Of a DNA stretch of 38,240 bases, positions 1 to 8,817 are shown piece after piece. Below the pieces are notes generated by a model. The model did not search any database and was not told where the DNA came from. It saw nothing but the letters and a program-made list of their open reading frames with translations. Positions within the stretch are counted from its first letter, which is position 1, and each line of letters opens with the position of its first letter. A program made the translations under genes and the position numbers. Source of the DNA: Candidatus Nanohalobium sp. (GTDB lineage Archaea > Nanohalarchaeota > Nanosalinia > Nanosalinales > Nanosalinaceae); the NCBI GenBank assembly GCA_042216335.1, contig JBDGTY010000057.1, positions 1-38,240 of the forward strand. The letters are read 5' to 3'.

Positions 1-2
1 AA

Positions 3-75
3 AGCCCCGTCCGAGATTTGAACCCGGGACCTCGTCCTTACCAAGGACGTGCTCTACCAGCTGAGCTAACGGGGC
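3..75 (-). tRNA. tRNA-Thr(GGT), no intron
   Basis: Reverse complement GCCCCGTTAGCTCAGCTGGTAGAGC-ACGTCC-TTGGTAA-GGACG-AGGTC-CCGGGTTCAAATCTCGG-ACGGGGC-T folds into a cloverleaf with anticodon GGT. Confidence 0.95.
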
Positions 76-113
76 GGAGATCTTAATAGAAATTGAAGGG
101 GATATGTGGGGTT

Positions 114-275
114 TTATCCTGCGAACTGTTCGTTCTTGTGTCTTAGATTGGCGTATCCGCATTTCCGGCATGAGGTTTCTTCCGGGTTGTCGGTGCGGTT
201 CTTTGCGTTGCATTTCCTGCAGATGTATACGTCTTCGAAGAGTCTTTCCTCGGCTTCGTCAAATTTTTGTGCCAC
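114..275 (-). CDS. rpl40e: 50S ribosomal protein L40e (53 aa, not in ORF track)
   Basis: Hand translation from GTG: MAQKFDEAEERLFEDVYICRKCNAKNRTDNPEETSCRKCGYANLRHKNEQFAG; CxxCNA...CRKCGY zinc-ribbon pattern; AGGTGA RBS at 282-287. Confidence 0.92.
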   Translation of the reverse strand: MAQKFDEAEERLFEDVYICRKCNAKNRTDNPEETSCRKCGYANLRHKNEQFAG

Positions 276-352
276 TTGGCTTCACCTATAAAATTGTAGG
301 CAGGACCGAGTTTTAAATAAACTTTAACTTTAGGCCTCTCTAAATTCTTTAC

Positions 353-1171
353 ATGAACATAGTCGAGGCCGTGATCATCGGAATCGTTCAGGGGGTGGCA
401 GAATGGCTGCCGGTCTCAAGCGAAGCAGTCATCACGCTGATCTTGACGGCCCTCGGCTCAGAACCTGGGCAGGCACTCAACGCCTCGATCTTTCTGCATA
501 CGGGCACGATGGTCGCCGCCTTCATCTATTTCAGGAAGGAGTATTTCGAGATAATCAGGTACGTCCTGGAGAAACTCCGGGCGCCGAGGAAGACGCTGGA
601 AAACCCGGAAAAAATACTTGAGGAAAGGAACGGGAAACTGGCCGTCTTCCTCGCAGTTTCAACAGTTCTGACAGGGTTGGTCGGCGGAGCAATCTACTTC
701 CTAGGGTTGAAGACCGCGGTCGAAAATCCGACGATTTTCTACATACTGATGTCGGCCGCACTCTTCCTAACCGGACTCCTCAGACTGTACAGCAGATCCG
801 AATCACGGGAATACAGCTCAGTCAATCTGAAAGACTCCATCTTCGTAGGATTTCTCCAGGGTTTCTCCATTATTCCCGGAGTCTCCCGCTCTGGAACTAC
901 AGCTTTCGGCTTTCTCTTCAGGGACTTCGACGCCCGTGACGCATTCCATCTCTCCTTCCTGATGAGTGTTCCGGCGGTCGCAGCCGGCAGCATCGGACTC
1001 GAGCTGTTCACGGAGTTCTCCTTCCAGCCCATGTACCTGGTCTCGGCTGCAGTTGCTGGAGTGGTCGGTTACCTGACTATCGATGCTGTTTTAGAGATTG
1101 CTGATCGGGCGGAGATAGCCTGGGTATGCTTCGGCCTGGGTCTCCTGGCGCTGGTTCCGGCTTTGATCTAG
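353..1171 (+). CDS. uppP: Undecaprenyl-diphosphate phosphatase (BacA/UppP family)
   Basis: GIVQGVAEWLPVSS and IIPGVSRSGTT motifs; multiple TM helices. Confidence 0.93.
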   Translation: MNIVEAVIIGIVQGVAEWLPVSSEAVITLILTALGSEPGQALNASIFLHTGTMVAAFIYFRKEYFEIIRYVLEKLRAPRKTLENPEKILEERNGKLAVFLAVSTVLTGLVGGAIYFLGLKTAVENPTIFYILMSAALFLTGLLRLYSRSESREYSSVNLKDSIFVGFLQGFSIIPGVSRSGTTAFGFLFRDFDARDAFHLSFLMSVPAVAAGSIGLELFTEFSFQPMYLVSAAVAGVVGYLTIDAVLEIADRAEIAWVCFGLGLLALVPALI

Positions 1172-1305
1172 AGCTTCTTCCTGGATGTTTTACAGTACTG
1201 CTTCTCTATAACTCCTGCCTCTCTTAGAATATCTAAATGGTAGCTAAGTGTTGATGGAGTAATATCCAGTTCTTCTGCCATCTGCTTCTTTGAACTGTAT
1301 TTGTT
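1168..1305 (-). pseudogene. C-terminal remnant of a winged-HTH (ArsR-like) regulator
   Basis: Reads KYSSKKQMAEELDITPSTLSYHLDILREAGVIEK...; N-terminal part absent, with an in-frame stop just upstream. Confidence 0.6.
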
Positions 1306-1607
1306 AAAGACCTAGACCCAGATTTCATGGGCTTCTCCGACAAGATGTTTGGTCCTTCAGAAACCGGGGGACTGCACGTCTCCGACAGGGTCAAGGACGA
1401 ATTGAAGCCGATGAAGAGAGGGAGTGTGCGGTGAACTCAACTACGTTTCAAAGCTTTGAATCCCGAGAAGTACTGTGTAATACGGATTCAGGGTTTCTCA
1501 ATGCCGAAGGGATTATAGGCCTAAAAGAAGCCGCACAGTTAATTATGGATACAGGATTAGAGAAAATAGCAGGACATGAAAGAGAAATATCCAGACTTCT
1601 CGCCTGA
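1303..1607 (+). pseudogene. Internal fragment of a SufS-like cysteine desulfurase (class V aminotransferase)
   Basis: VKDLDPDFMGFS-DKMFGPSETGGLHV resembles DFxAFSGHKMxGPxGxG; after a stop, DSGFLNAEGIIGLKEAAQLIMDTGLEKIAGHEREI resembles EAGTPNIAGIIGLxAAxxxxxxxGxxxIxxHE. Confidence 0.7.
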
Positions 1608-1639
1608 TGATTTATATTTGAGGCTGTCAAGCCCTGTTT

Positions 1640-2152
1640 ATGGCTTTTCTTGAAACTGAGGGGTTGGAGCTGAGGCCGGCAGAGGAAGACGATCTTGAGT
1701 TTCTGCAGGAACTGAAGAACGTTCCGGAGATCAGAAGGTTTCATCCTGAGCTGTATCCGCGGAACATCCACCAGATCGAGGACTGGTTCGAATCCGTCAA
1801 CGAGCAGGAAGGAAACATTCTTCTTGTGATATGGAGAGATGGGGAAAGAGCAGGAGAGGCAAGCCTCTCAAAACCCGAGGAAGGCAGCAGTTCAGCAGGG
1901 ACAGGCATTTCCGTACCTCCCAAGTTTCAGGGAAGAGGTATAGCCACGGAGGCCATGGAAGAGCTTGTCGATTACGGCTTCAAACAGTGGAATCTGCATC
2001 GTGTCTTTGCCGGAGTACTGGAGTTCAACAAAGCCTCTCAGAAAGTTTGGGAGAAGCTGGGATTTGAGAAAGAGGTGGTTCACAGGGGCTTCACCTACTG
2101 TGAGGGGAGCTACCAGGACCTTGTAGAGTACGGGATTCTGGAGTCGGAGTGA
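1640..2152 (+). CDS. GNAT N-acetyltransferase, RimJ/RimL family
   Basis: FQGRGIATEA acetyl-CoA motif; NLHRV...NKASQKVWEKLGF. Confidence 0.9.
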   Translation: MAFLETEGLELRPAEEDDLEFLQELKNVPEIRRFHPELYPRNIHQIEDWFESVNEQEGNILLVIWRDGERAGEASLSKPEEGSSSAGTGISVPPKFQGRGIATEAMEELVDYGFKQWNLHRVFAGVLEFNKASQKVWEKLGFEKEVVHRGFTYCEGSYQDLVEYGILESE

Positions 2153-2188
2153 GAAAGTGGGAAAAAGGAGTAGGAAAAAGCCGATACT

Positions 2189-2709
2189 ATGCCAGGCGCA
2201 ACATTCTTTGAAGGAGAGAACGTAGAGCTGAAAACCATTGAGGAAGAGGACTTAGAGCTTTTACAGAGGATGGGAAACCATCCAGAGCTGAGGAGGTACT
2301 CTCCGGGAGGAACCCCTGTCAACATGAACCAGCAGAGAAAGGTCTTCGAAGAGTTTGTCTCTAGTGACGACAACATATTCCTCTTGATTTGTGCCGATGA
2401 GCCTGTGGGATGGGTAAACCTGAAGCATATCGACAAAGATCGGGGAAAGCTGAGTTAGGAGTAAGAATACTTCCTGAGCATCAGGAAAACGGCTACGGTA
2501 CAGAGGCATCTGAACTCGTCATCGACCACGGTTTCAACCAGTTGAGACTTCACAGGATTTACGGGAGGACTTTCAACTTCAATGAAGGCTCGAAGAAGCT
2601 TATGGAGAAGCTGGGCTTCGAAAATGAGGGAGATCACAGAGAAGAAGAATTCAAGGACGGCGAGCACCAAGATGTAGTATACTACAGCGTTCTAGAAGAA
2701 GAATGGTGA
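2189..2709 (+). pseudogene. RimJ/RimL GNAT paralog split by a frameshift at about 2443-2449
   Basis: 2189..2458 gives the N-half and the -1 frame (2410..2709) gives AELGVRILPEHQENGYGTEA...EKLGF; joined, they align with the upstream GNAT. Confidence 0.85.
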
Positions 2710-2716
2710 GGGGAGT

Positions 2717-3409
2717 TTAAGGCTCCCAGAGCCTGTCTATCTTGTATTCTACCTTGGAGTAGTTTTCTCTAAGGTTTTTGACTGAGTTCTCTCCGTTGAC
2801 GTTGGTTATGTAGACATGGCCGTGATTCCCGTTTTCGTAGACGTTGTGTAGATCATAGACCATTCCGACTACATCGACACCTTCCGGTACATCATCCGAT
2901 TCTTGGAGGAATTCAACCTGCTTGTCGACATTGTACTCAACTAGATGGTTGACCGCCTCATCTTCACTAAGTCCTTCAGGTAGCTCTCCTACTCCTTCCT
3001 CTATATATGGTTGAAGCCTGTCTACAGCTTCCTGAATTCCTGCTGGCTCGGCTTCGTAGTCCAGTTCTCCCTGAACGTTCTGGTAAGTGGCGGTTACTGC
3101 ACCACAACCCGTGTGCCCCATAACCACCATTGTATCCGTGTCTGTATGAGTTACAGGATAGATCATGTCTCCAGAAACAACTTCGTCTCCATCGCGCTCA
3201 TGGTCAACTCTGTTCCCAATATTACTGACTGTGAAGACTTCTCCTAGTTCATCGTTACCTAGTGCATGGTTCTGGAGCACGCGAGAGTCAGAACAACAAA
3301 CAGTTACCAAATGAGGGCTCTGTCCGCCCTGAACTTCCTCAAAACTTCCTTCAAGCTCTTCAGCGTGATTTTCGTTTCTTTCAAGTAGTTGAATAAACTT
3401 GTCGTTCAT
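2717..3409 (-). CDS. Beta-class carbonic anhydrase
   Basis: CSDSRV and GHTGCGAV zinc-ligand motifs. Confidence 0.92.
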   Translation of the reverse strand: MNDKFIQLLERNENHAEELEGSFEEVQGGQSPHLVTVCCSDSRVLQNHALGNDELGEVFTVSNIGNRVDHERDGDEVVSGDMIYPVTHTDTDTMVVMGHTGCGAVTATYQNVQGELDYEAEPAGIQEAVDRLQPYIEEGVGELPEGLSEDEAVNHLVEYNVDKQVEFLQESDDVPEGVDVVGMVYDLHNVYENGNHGHVYITNVNGENSVKNLRENYSKVEYKIDRLWEP

Positions 3410-3762
3410 GAAAAAATAATCACCTAGAAAATAGACTCCATGACAAACTTCAAATAATGAATTCGACAGGATTTAGAGCAGAATAGTTTTTAACTTTTTG
3501 GCGAGAAGTCGCCTTCCTCATTCTGAAAGGGATGAGGTAGTGTGATGAATCGCCAGAAATAAAAGCTTTTCGAGTTATAACGATGGTTATAAGCACGGGC
3601 AGGGCTGAACATACACGTCTGTGGACATCGGAAATCCTCTGTATGGAGGCTTTTCCGCTTGGGAAAGTGCCTCATCCAATATAAGTTTCTATAGTTGAAG
3701 CAGAAACCTCGATATTTCGTAAGGAATTTAGTTAGCGGGATGAAGTCACATTTTGTTTGGTA

Positions 3763-4029
3763 TTAGCGGTAGTCTCCGCAGAAGGTAACCTGATATTCTT
3801 CTTTGTTGCGTAAGTGTTGGGATACTGAGTCGAGGGCTTTTTCTTCGGTAGTTCCGACTAGCACAGTTGCTATTTCGGGTGGTGTGTCTCCTGCGCCGCC
3901 CATGTAATGGATTTCTTGTGGGTCCATACGATTTTCTAGTGATTGGTGTGAGACTTCAAGGGCGTATTCTCCTTCTCTGCTTTCTAGGTATCTTTCTATG
4001 TTTTGTTCTATTTCATCTCCTTCCAGACT
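3763..4029 (-). pseudogene. Acidic 88-codon open frame with no standard start at its 5' end (possible degraded gene)
   Basis: SLEGDEIEQNIERYLESREGEYALEVSHQSLENRMDPQEIHYMGG...; halophile-like composition, preceded directly by TAA. Confidence 0.35.
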
Positions 4030-4046
4030 TTAACTATTTCCGAAAA

Positions 4047-4066
4047 TCCCACAACCTTCCCACAAC
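4047..4066. promoter_or_regulatory. Direct repeat TCCCACAAC x2 (11-bp period), putative operator
   Basis: Copies at 4047-4055 and 4058-4066, directly upstream of an AT-rich TATA-like tract preceding the AbrB/MraZ-like gene. Confidence 0.5.
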
Positions 4067-4211
4067 TCTTTAAAAAATATTTAAGCTACTCAACTGTTAG
4101 GTGATCATCAATGTATGGTGGATACGTTCACAGACAGACAAATTTCAGATAATTCTCAAAACCTTCTAAACAGTTCCAGCTCTACCGATCAGCCTCCCTC
4201 TTCAATTCAGG

Positions 4212-4457
4212 GTGGCTGGGTTCATCCGGTTCTCAGGCCAAGTTGATTCCAAGGGCAGAGTTACGATACCTTCACGAATCAGGGATAAACTAGGCCTTGA
4301 GTCGGGAGACAGGGTTTCCCTTCAGGTAAAGTCCTGCGAAGTTATCTGGAAGAAGTTCGATTCCCAGAATCAGGCGTTGAGCTATCTCTCTGGGCTTGAG
4401 AATGTGAAGCGTTTCAGTTTTGACGGCAAAGTATTAGAGGTGGTTCTCGGTGAGTGA
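4212..4457 (+). CDS. AbrB/MazE/SpoVT/MraZ-type DNA-binding protein
   Basis: VDSKGRVTIPSRIRDKLGLESGDRV swapped-hairpin signature. Confidence 0.85.
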   Translation: MAGFIRFSGQVDSKGRVTIPSRIRDKLGLESGDRVSLQVKSCEVIWKKFDSQNQALSYLSGLENVKRFSFDGKVLEVVLGE

Positions 4458-4860
4458 TTCTGAGACGGTTTCTGTGGCCCGGAAGGGCCGGCCGTTGAAC
4501 AATGCCCTGAGATCGGAAAGGGAGAGGCTGGACCTTGAAAAAGACGAACAGATTCTTCTGGGAGTGTCATCCTATCTTTCAAATGGTCCTGGCAAGCAGC
4601 TCTCAAGAGACGGAGAGGTCTCTGGCAGGACTTCTGAAGATCTTTTAAGGGAGGCTGAGGCAGCCAGGAGAGGAGGGATCCAGGTCGACTCTGATCGGGA
4701 ACCGGAGGGACTCTACAGGGAACTGAGTCAGGAAATAGATTTTCTGGAAAGAGAGGGTGAAAGAGCTTTCTTTGACTCTGCCAGCCTGGGAGATGTAGAG
4801 ATATCAGGGAGATCTCAAGAGGAAGATCCTCTGGATTCAGATCTGAAGTCGTCTACATGA
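4450..4860 (+). CDS. Hypothetical protein
   Basis: Acidic ORF overlapping both neighbours. Confidence 0.6.
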   Translation: MSDSETVSVARKGRPLNNALRSERERLDLEKDEQILLGVSSYLSNGPGKQLSRDGEVSGRTSEDLLREAEAARRGGIQVDSDREPEGLYRELSQEIDFLEREGERAFFDSASLGDVEISGRSQEEDPLDSDLKSST

Positions 4861-5282
4861 ATATTGACCAGGTCGCGGATGAACTTCGGGGTGGTGAAGA
4901 AAGCCTGGAGGAGGCTGCTATCAGGAGGGCAGAGGAATCCGGCCTCGAGTTCATGAAACGCGTTGAGGGAAGTGAAGTTTACTGGTCGGAGCTCGAAACC
5001 GGAGGATACCAGGAGATAGCAGTTCCGGACGAAGTAGAGGATACTGTAGGCCGGCTCCTAGAAGAGGAGGGATACGAAGTTAAACCTTTCAGCCAGGTAG
5101 AATCCAGGTACGGAGTAAAACCAGAGGCTCTGGAAGACGAGGAACAACTTCCTGCTGTGACAGAAGAACTTGCTCTCTGTTACATCGTGGATTCCGGAAA
5201 CACAGCCCAGGAATACGGAATAGAAGTAAGTGAAGACGACAAACTGTTCGAAACATACCTGGCGGCTTTTTCAAAGGGTTAA
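4857..5282 (+). CDS. Hypothetical acidic protein
   Basis: ATGA overlap with previous stop; very E/D-rich. Confidence 0.7.
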   Translation: MNIDQVADELRGGEESLEEAAIRRAEESGLEFMKRVEGSEVYWSELETGGYQEIAVPDEVEDTVGRLLEEEGYEVKPFSQVESRYGVKPEALEDEEQLPAVTEELALCYIVDSGNTAQEYGIEVSEDDKLFETYLAAFSKG

Positions 5283-5376
5283 CTGAAAGATGTTCGGAAT
5301 CGACTGCGGGGTGATCGAGGCGGTAAGGCTTGAAAAAGTCGAGGAAAGAATCTTCAGTTATGAGGTTGACTGAAAA

Positions 5377-6687
5377 ATGAGTGGAAAGATTAACTTTGAT
5401 TCTCTGAAGGGTATGTACGATCGTTACCCGGATGAGTGGGCGACATGGAAATACCTGATTGAAACAGTCGAGGAGACTGCCGAGGAGTTCGGTTTCAGGC
5501 ATATAGACTTCCCGAATGTTGAGAGGCAGGAACTCTGGACTGAGAAAGAGGAGGACTCCGTGACGGACGAGATGTATGCTTTCACGGATAAAGGCGGCAA
5601 TGAGATAACATTGATCCCCGAGCAGACTCCGAGCAAGGCCCGCCTTATCCAGAAACGTAAGGATCTAAAGACTCCTATCAAGTGGTGCTGCACCTCCAAA
5701 GCTTACAGGTATGAGGAGGTTAAGAGAGGTCGCGACAGAGAGTTCAGACAGACGGATTTCGACATATTCGGCATAGAATCTGTTGAGGCCGATGCCGAGA
5801 TAATCGCTGTCGCCGGTACGATATATCAGAAGCTTGGTCTAGATCATCGTGTCGAGTTCCTGATTAATGACAGAGAGTTGCTTGAATCAATCTTGGAAGC
5901 GCAAGGTATAGAGGAAACCGAGGAGACGATGAAGGTTATCGATGATAAGGAGAAGATAAGCAGGGAAGAGTTCCTGGAAGAGCTTCAGGACAGAGGATTA
6001 ACGCGCGAGGAGGCGGAGCAAGTGGATGGCATAACAAGTATCTCAGGTCAGATACTAGATCAGATAGAGGAACTGAGAGACAAGGCTCCGGAAGAAGTTC
6101 AGGACTCGGTCGACAGAATGGAGAGCCTGGGACAGGCACTGGAATCCTATGGGGTTGAAGAGATGTGTAAGATTGACCTCTCTATCGCGAGAGGCCTGGC
6201 ATACTACACCGGCCTGGTCTTCGAAGCATTTGACGCTGAAAGAGATTTCGGGAGATCGCTTTTTGGAGGTGGAAGATACGACGACCTCGTAGGAGACTTC
6301 GGGAAACAGGAAGCACCAGCAGTAGGATTTGGCTTCGGATACTCGCCGACGATAGAACTCCTCAAGGAGGAAGACTGGTACCCTCTGAAGCAGGTTGAGA
6401 CAGATGTCTACGTTCTCTCGGTGTCCGAGTCCGTCAGAGATGTCGCCCTCGACTACGCCACGACTTTGAGGGAGAAAGGCCTATCTGTGGAGACTGATCT
6501 CTCTGGAAGAGGCTTCGGTGAGCAGCTCGGATACGCTGACTCCATCAACGCAGAGAAAGTTCTGATCGTGGGGGAACGCGACCTTGGAAACGATGAAGTA
6601 ACGATCAAGGACATGGATTCGGGTGAGGAAGAGGAGATCGGGAAGGATAGAGTCGTTGAGCACCTGGAGGAAGAGGAGATTATCTAG
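5377..6687 (+). CDS. hisS: Histidine--tRNA ligase
   Basis: YRYEEVKRGRDREFRQ motif 2; RGLAYYTG; GGGRYDDL; C-terminal anticodon-binding domain. Confidence 0.97.
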   Translation: MSGKINFDSLKGMYDRYPDEWATWKYLIETVEETAEEFGFRHIDFPNVERQELWTEKEEDSVTDEMYAFTDKGGNEITLIPEQTPSKARLIQKRKDLKTPIKWCCTSKAYRYEEVKRGRDREFRQTDFDIFGIESVEADAEIIAVAGTIYQKLGLDHRVEFLINDRELLESILEAQGIEETEETMKVIDDKEKISREEFLEELQDRGLTREEAEQVDGITSISGQILDQIEELRDKAPEEVQDSVDRMESLGQALESYGVEEMCKIDLSIARGLAYYTGLVFEAFDAERDFGRSLFGGGRYDDLVGDFGKQEAPAVGFGFGYSPTIELLKEEDWYPLKQVETDVYVLSVSESVRDVALDYATTLREKGLSVETDLSGRGFGEQLGYADSINAEKVLIVGERDLGNDEVTIKDMDSGEEEEIGKDRVVEHLEEEEII

Positions 6688-7118
6688 GAGCGCTGATAGG
6701 GCCGGTCTAGTTTTTCCTCTATTATATCTTCGCCTTCTTCCTGTATTACCTTACAATATTTCCCTATCTCGTTGATGTTGCTTTCCGATAAATCCCATCT
6801 ATTTCCTGTGGCTCTTTGATGCCTGTCAATCAGATCAAGTTCGTAAAGCATTGAGATGGCTCTCCCCATAGATCGTTCCTCACCTTCAATATCTGCTTTT
6901 TCCATCAAGTGGCTGGTTTTCTGTCTGCTTGAGCCTAGAGCAAATTCACCTGAATCGCTCCACTTGTAGGCAGCAGACTCAATAATGCTGTAGGTGTCCT
7001 GGGCGTTATCGTATAGATCTCTAAATCTCCCAGAATTTCTTTCGATATTTTCTTCACTCAAAACGTCTTCTAGTTCCTGCCTGATTTCGCTGTATTCTTC
7101 GCTCTCTAAGACCCACAT
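6684..7118 (-). CDS. Hypothetical protein, possible winged helix
   Basis: Acidic ORF; SMGRAISMLYELDLIDR...RW resembles a recognition helix plus wing. Confidence 0.6.
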   Translation of the reverse strand: MWVLESEEYSEIRQELEDVLSEENIERNSGRFRDLYDNAQDTYSIIESAAYKWSDSGEFALGSSRQKTSHLMEKADIEGEERSMGRAISMLYELDLIDRHQRATGNRWDLSESNINEIGKYCKVIQEEGEDIIEEKLDRPYQRS

Positions 7119-7150
7119 AAAGAATTGTTGTATCTAAAAAGTAATAAATA

Positions 7151-7543
7151 CTAGGCGAACTCTCCGAGGTTCTTCTGCTGCGCTCTCTTCTCCTCCAGGT
7201 AGAAGTTGTACTCCCGGACGATCCAGCGCACGATCAGGTTGACGACTGCCTCTATCTGGTTGTCCGTCATCTCTCCGCCTGCCGGTATCCTGTGGTTCCT
7301 GGATAGTTCTTTTCTCGAGGCACAGCCGCATGCGTGCATCGCCTTGTAGACAGGGTTGCCGGCGTGAGGCGTCTGTTTCCCGTCGTTTTTGGGCTGCTCC
7401 CGGAGCTTGTTCTCGACTATCTTCCGGGCCTGTCTCTTGATGCCGGCGACTCCTATCTCCTTTATGACCTGGATATCTTCGTCGTCCAGTCTGGGACCTT
7501 CGCTGTTTCTCCCCGGGAGTTTGAGCTTTCTCATACCAAACAT
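7151..7543 (-). CDS. DUF4186-like protein
   Basis: PKNDGKQTP..GNPVYKAMHA motif recalled for DUF4186. Confidence 0.75.
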   Translation of the reverse strand: MFGMRKLKLPGRNSEGPRLDDEDIQVIKEIGVAGIKRQARKIVENKLREQPKNDGKQTPHAGNPVYKAMHACGCASRKELSRNHRIPAGGEMTDNQIEAVVNLIVRWIVREYNFYLEEKRAQQKNLGEFA

Positions 7544-7617
7544 GGAGTTATTCGAATGTTTTAACTTTCGAACCGGTTGACCTGCCGTATTAAAATCTCA
7601 TCTTTCCAGTTATTTTC

Positions 7618-8817
7618 ATGCCGTACAAAATCGGACTCGTCGGGAAGCCGTCCGTAGGAAAATCGACTTTCTTCAACGCAGCTACCATGAACTCAGTCGA
7701 CGAGGGAAACTATCCTTTCACCACAATTGATCCTAGTGTTGGGGAGGCATACGTCAGGGTGGACTGCGCCGCACCAGACTTCGACGAGGAATGTGATCCA
7801 CGAGTAGGTTTCTGCCACGACGGTACAAGGCATGTACCGGTCAAGCTTGTCGACGTAGCAGGACTGATCCCCGGGGCTCACGAAGGAAAAGGACTAGGCA
7901 ACAAGTTCCTCACCGACCTCAACGAAGCCGACGTCCTCATCCACATAGTCGACTTCTCAGGAGAGACAGACGAGGAAGGGGAGCCGACAGAAGGCCACGA
8001 CCCGAGAGAGGATATCGACTTCCTTGAAGAAGAGCTGGATATGTGGTACCTGGAGATACTGGAGAAAGGAATCGAGAGGTACGAGACGAAACATAACAAG
8101 AAAGACGTCAAGCTCGAAGAGGAGTTAGCGGAGCAGATGTCTGCTTTCAAGACCGACAAGAACCAGATCAAGCAGATAATCCTGCAGGAAGGCCTTGAAC
8201 TCGATCCAGAAACCTGGGATGAGGAGGACAGGAAGCAACTGGCCCGTGCGATAAGGAAGGAAACCAAGCCGATGATCATCGCCGCCAACAAAATGGATAC
8301 AGAAAAGGCGCAGGAGAACTGGGAGGAAATAACGAACGATCCTGAGTACGAGCATCTTGACTTCGTGCCTGCATCGGCCCACGCAGAAAAGGCATTGAAG
8401 AATGCCGCTGAACAGGATGTGGTCGACTACTACCCCGGCGACAAGGACTTTGAGATCCTGGAGGATGACCTGCCAGAGGAAAAGAAGCAGGGTTTGGAGA
8501 AGATCAGAGATTTCATGCAGGAGTACGGAGGAACCGGAGTCCAGAAAGCGCTCGAAGAGGCACTGTTTGATGAACTGGGAGTCATGGCGGTCTTTCCAGG
8601 TGGTGCCGACGGTCTCGGCGACGAACACGGCAACATCCTGCCGGACTGCTTCCTCGTGCCTGAAGGATCAACTGCGGAGGACTTCGCCTACACCATCCAC
8701 TCGGATCTGGGAGAAGGCTTCCTTCACGCCATCGACTGTCGTGAAAACAGGCAGATCGGATTCGATCACGAGCTTGAGCACCTGGACGTGGTTGAGATAG
8801 TCTCGGCGAATCAGTAG
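7618..8817 (+). CDS. ychF: Obg-family translation-associated ATPase/GTPase YchF
   Basis: GKPSVGKST, YPFTT, DVAGL, NKMD; C-terminal TGS domain. Confidence 0.93.
   Translation: MPYKIGLVGKPSVGKSTFFNAATMNSVDEGNYPFTTIDPSVGEAYVRVDCAAPDFDEECDPRVGFCHDGTRHVPVKLVDVAGLIPGAHEGKGLGNKFLTDLNEADVLIHIVDFSGETDEEGEPTEGHDPREDIDFLEEELDMWYLEILEKGIERYETKHNKKDVKLEEELAEQMSAFKTDKNQIKQIILQEGLELDPETWDEEDRKQLARAIRKETKPMIIAANKMDTEKAQENWEEITNDPEYEHLDFVPASAHAEKALKNAAEQDVVDYYPGDKDFEILEDDLPEEKKQGLEKIRDFMQEYGGTGVQKALEEALFDELGVMAVFPGGADGLGDEHGNILPDCFLVPEGSTAEDFAYTIHSDLGEGFLHAIDCRENRQIGFDHELEHLDVVEIVSANQ

Noticed and set aside
104-316. Plus-strand ORFs 104..316 and 106..291
   Set aside because: Shadow frames of rpl40e on the minus strand
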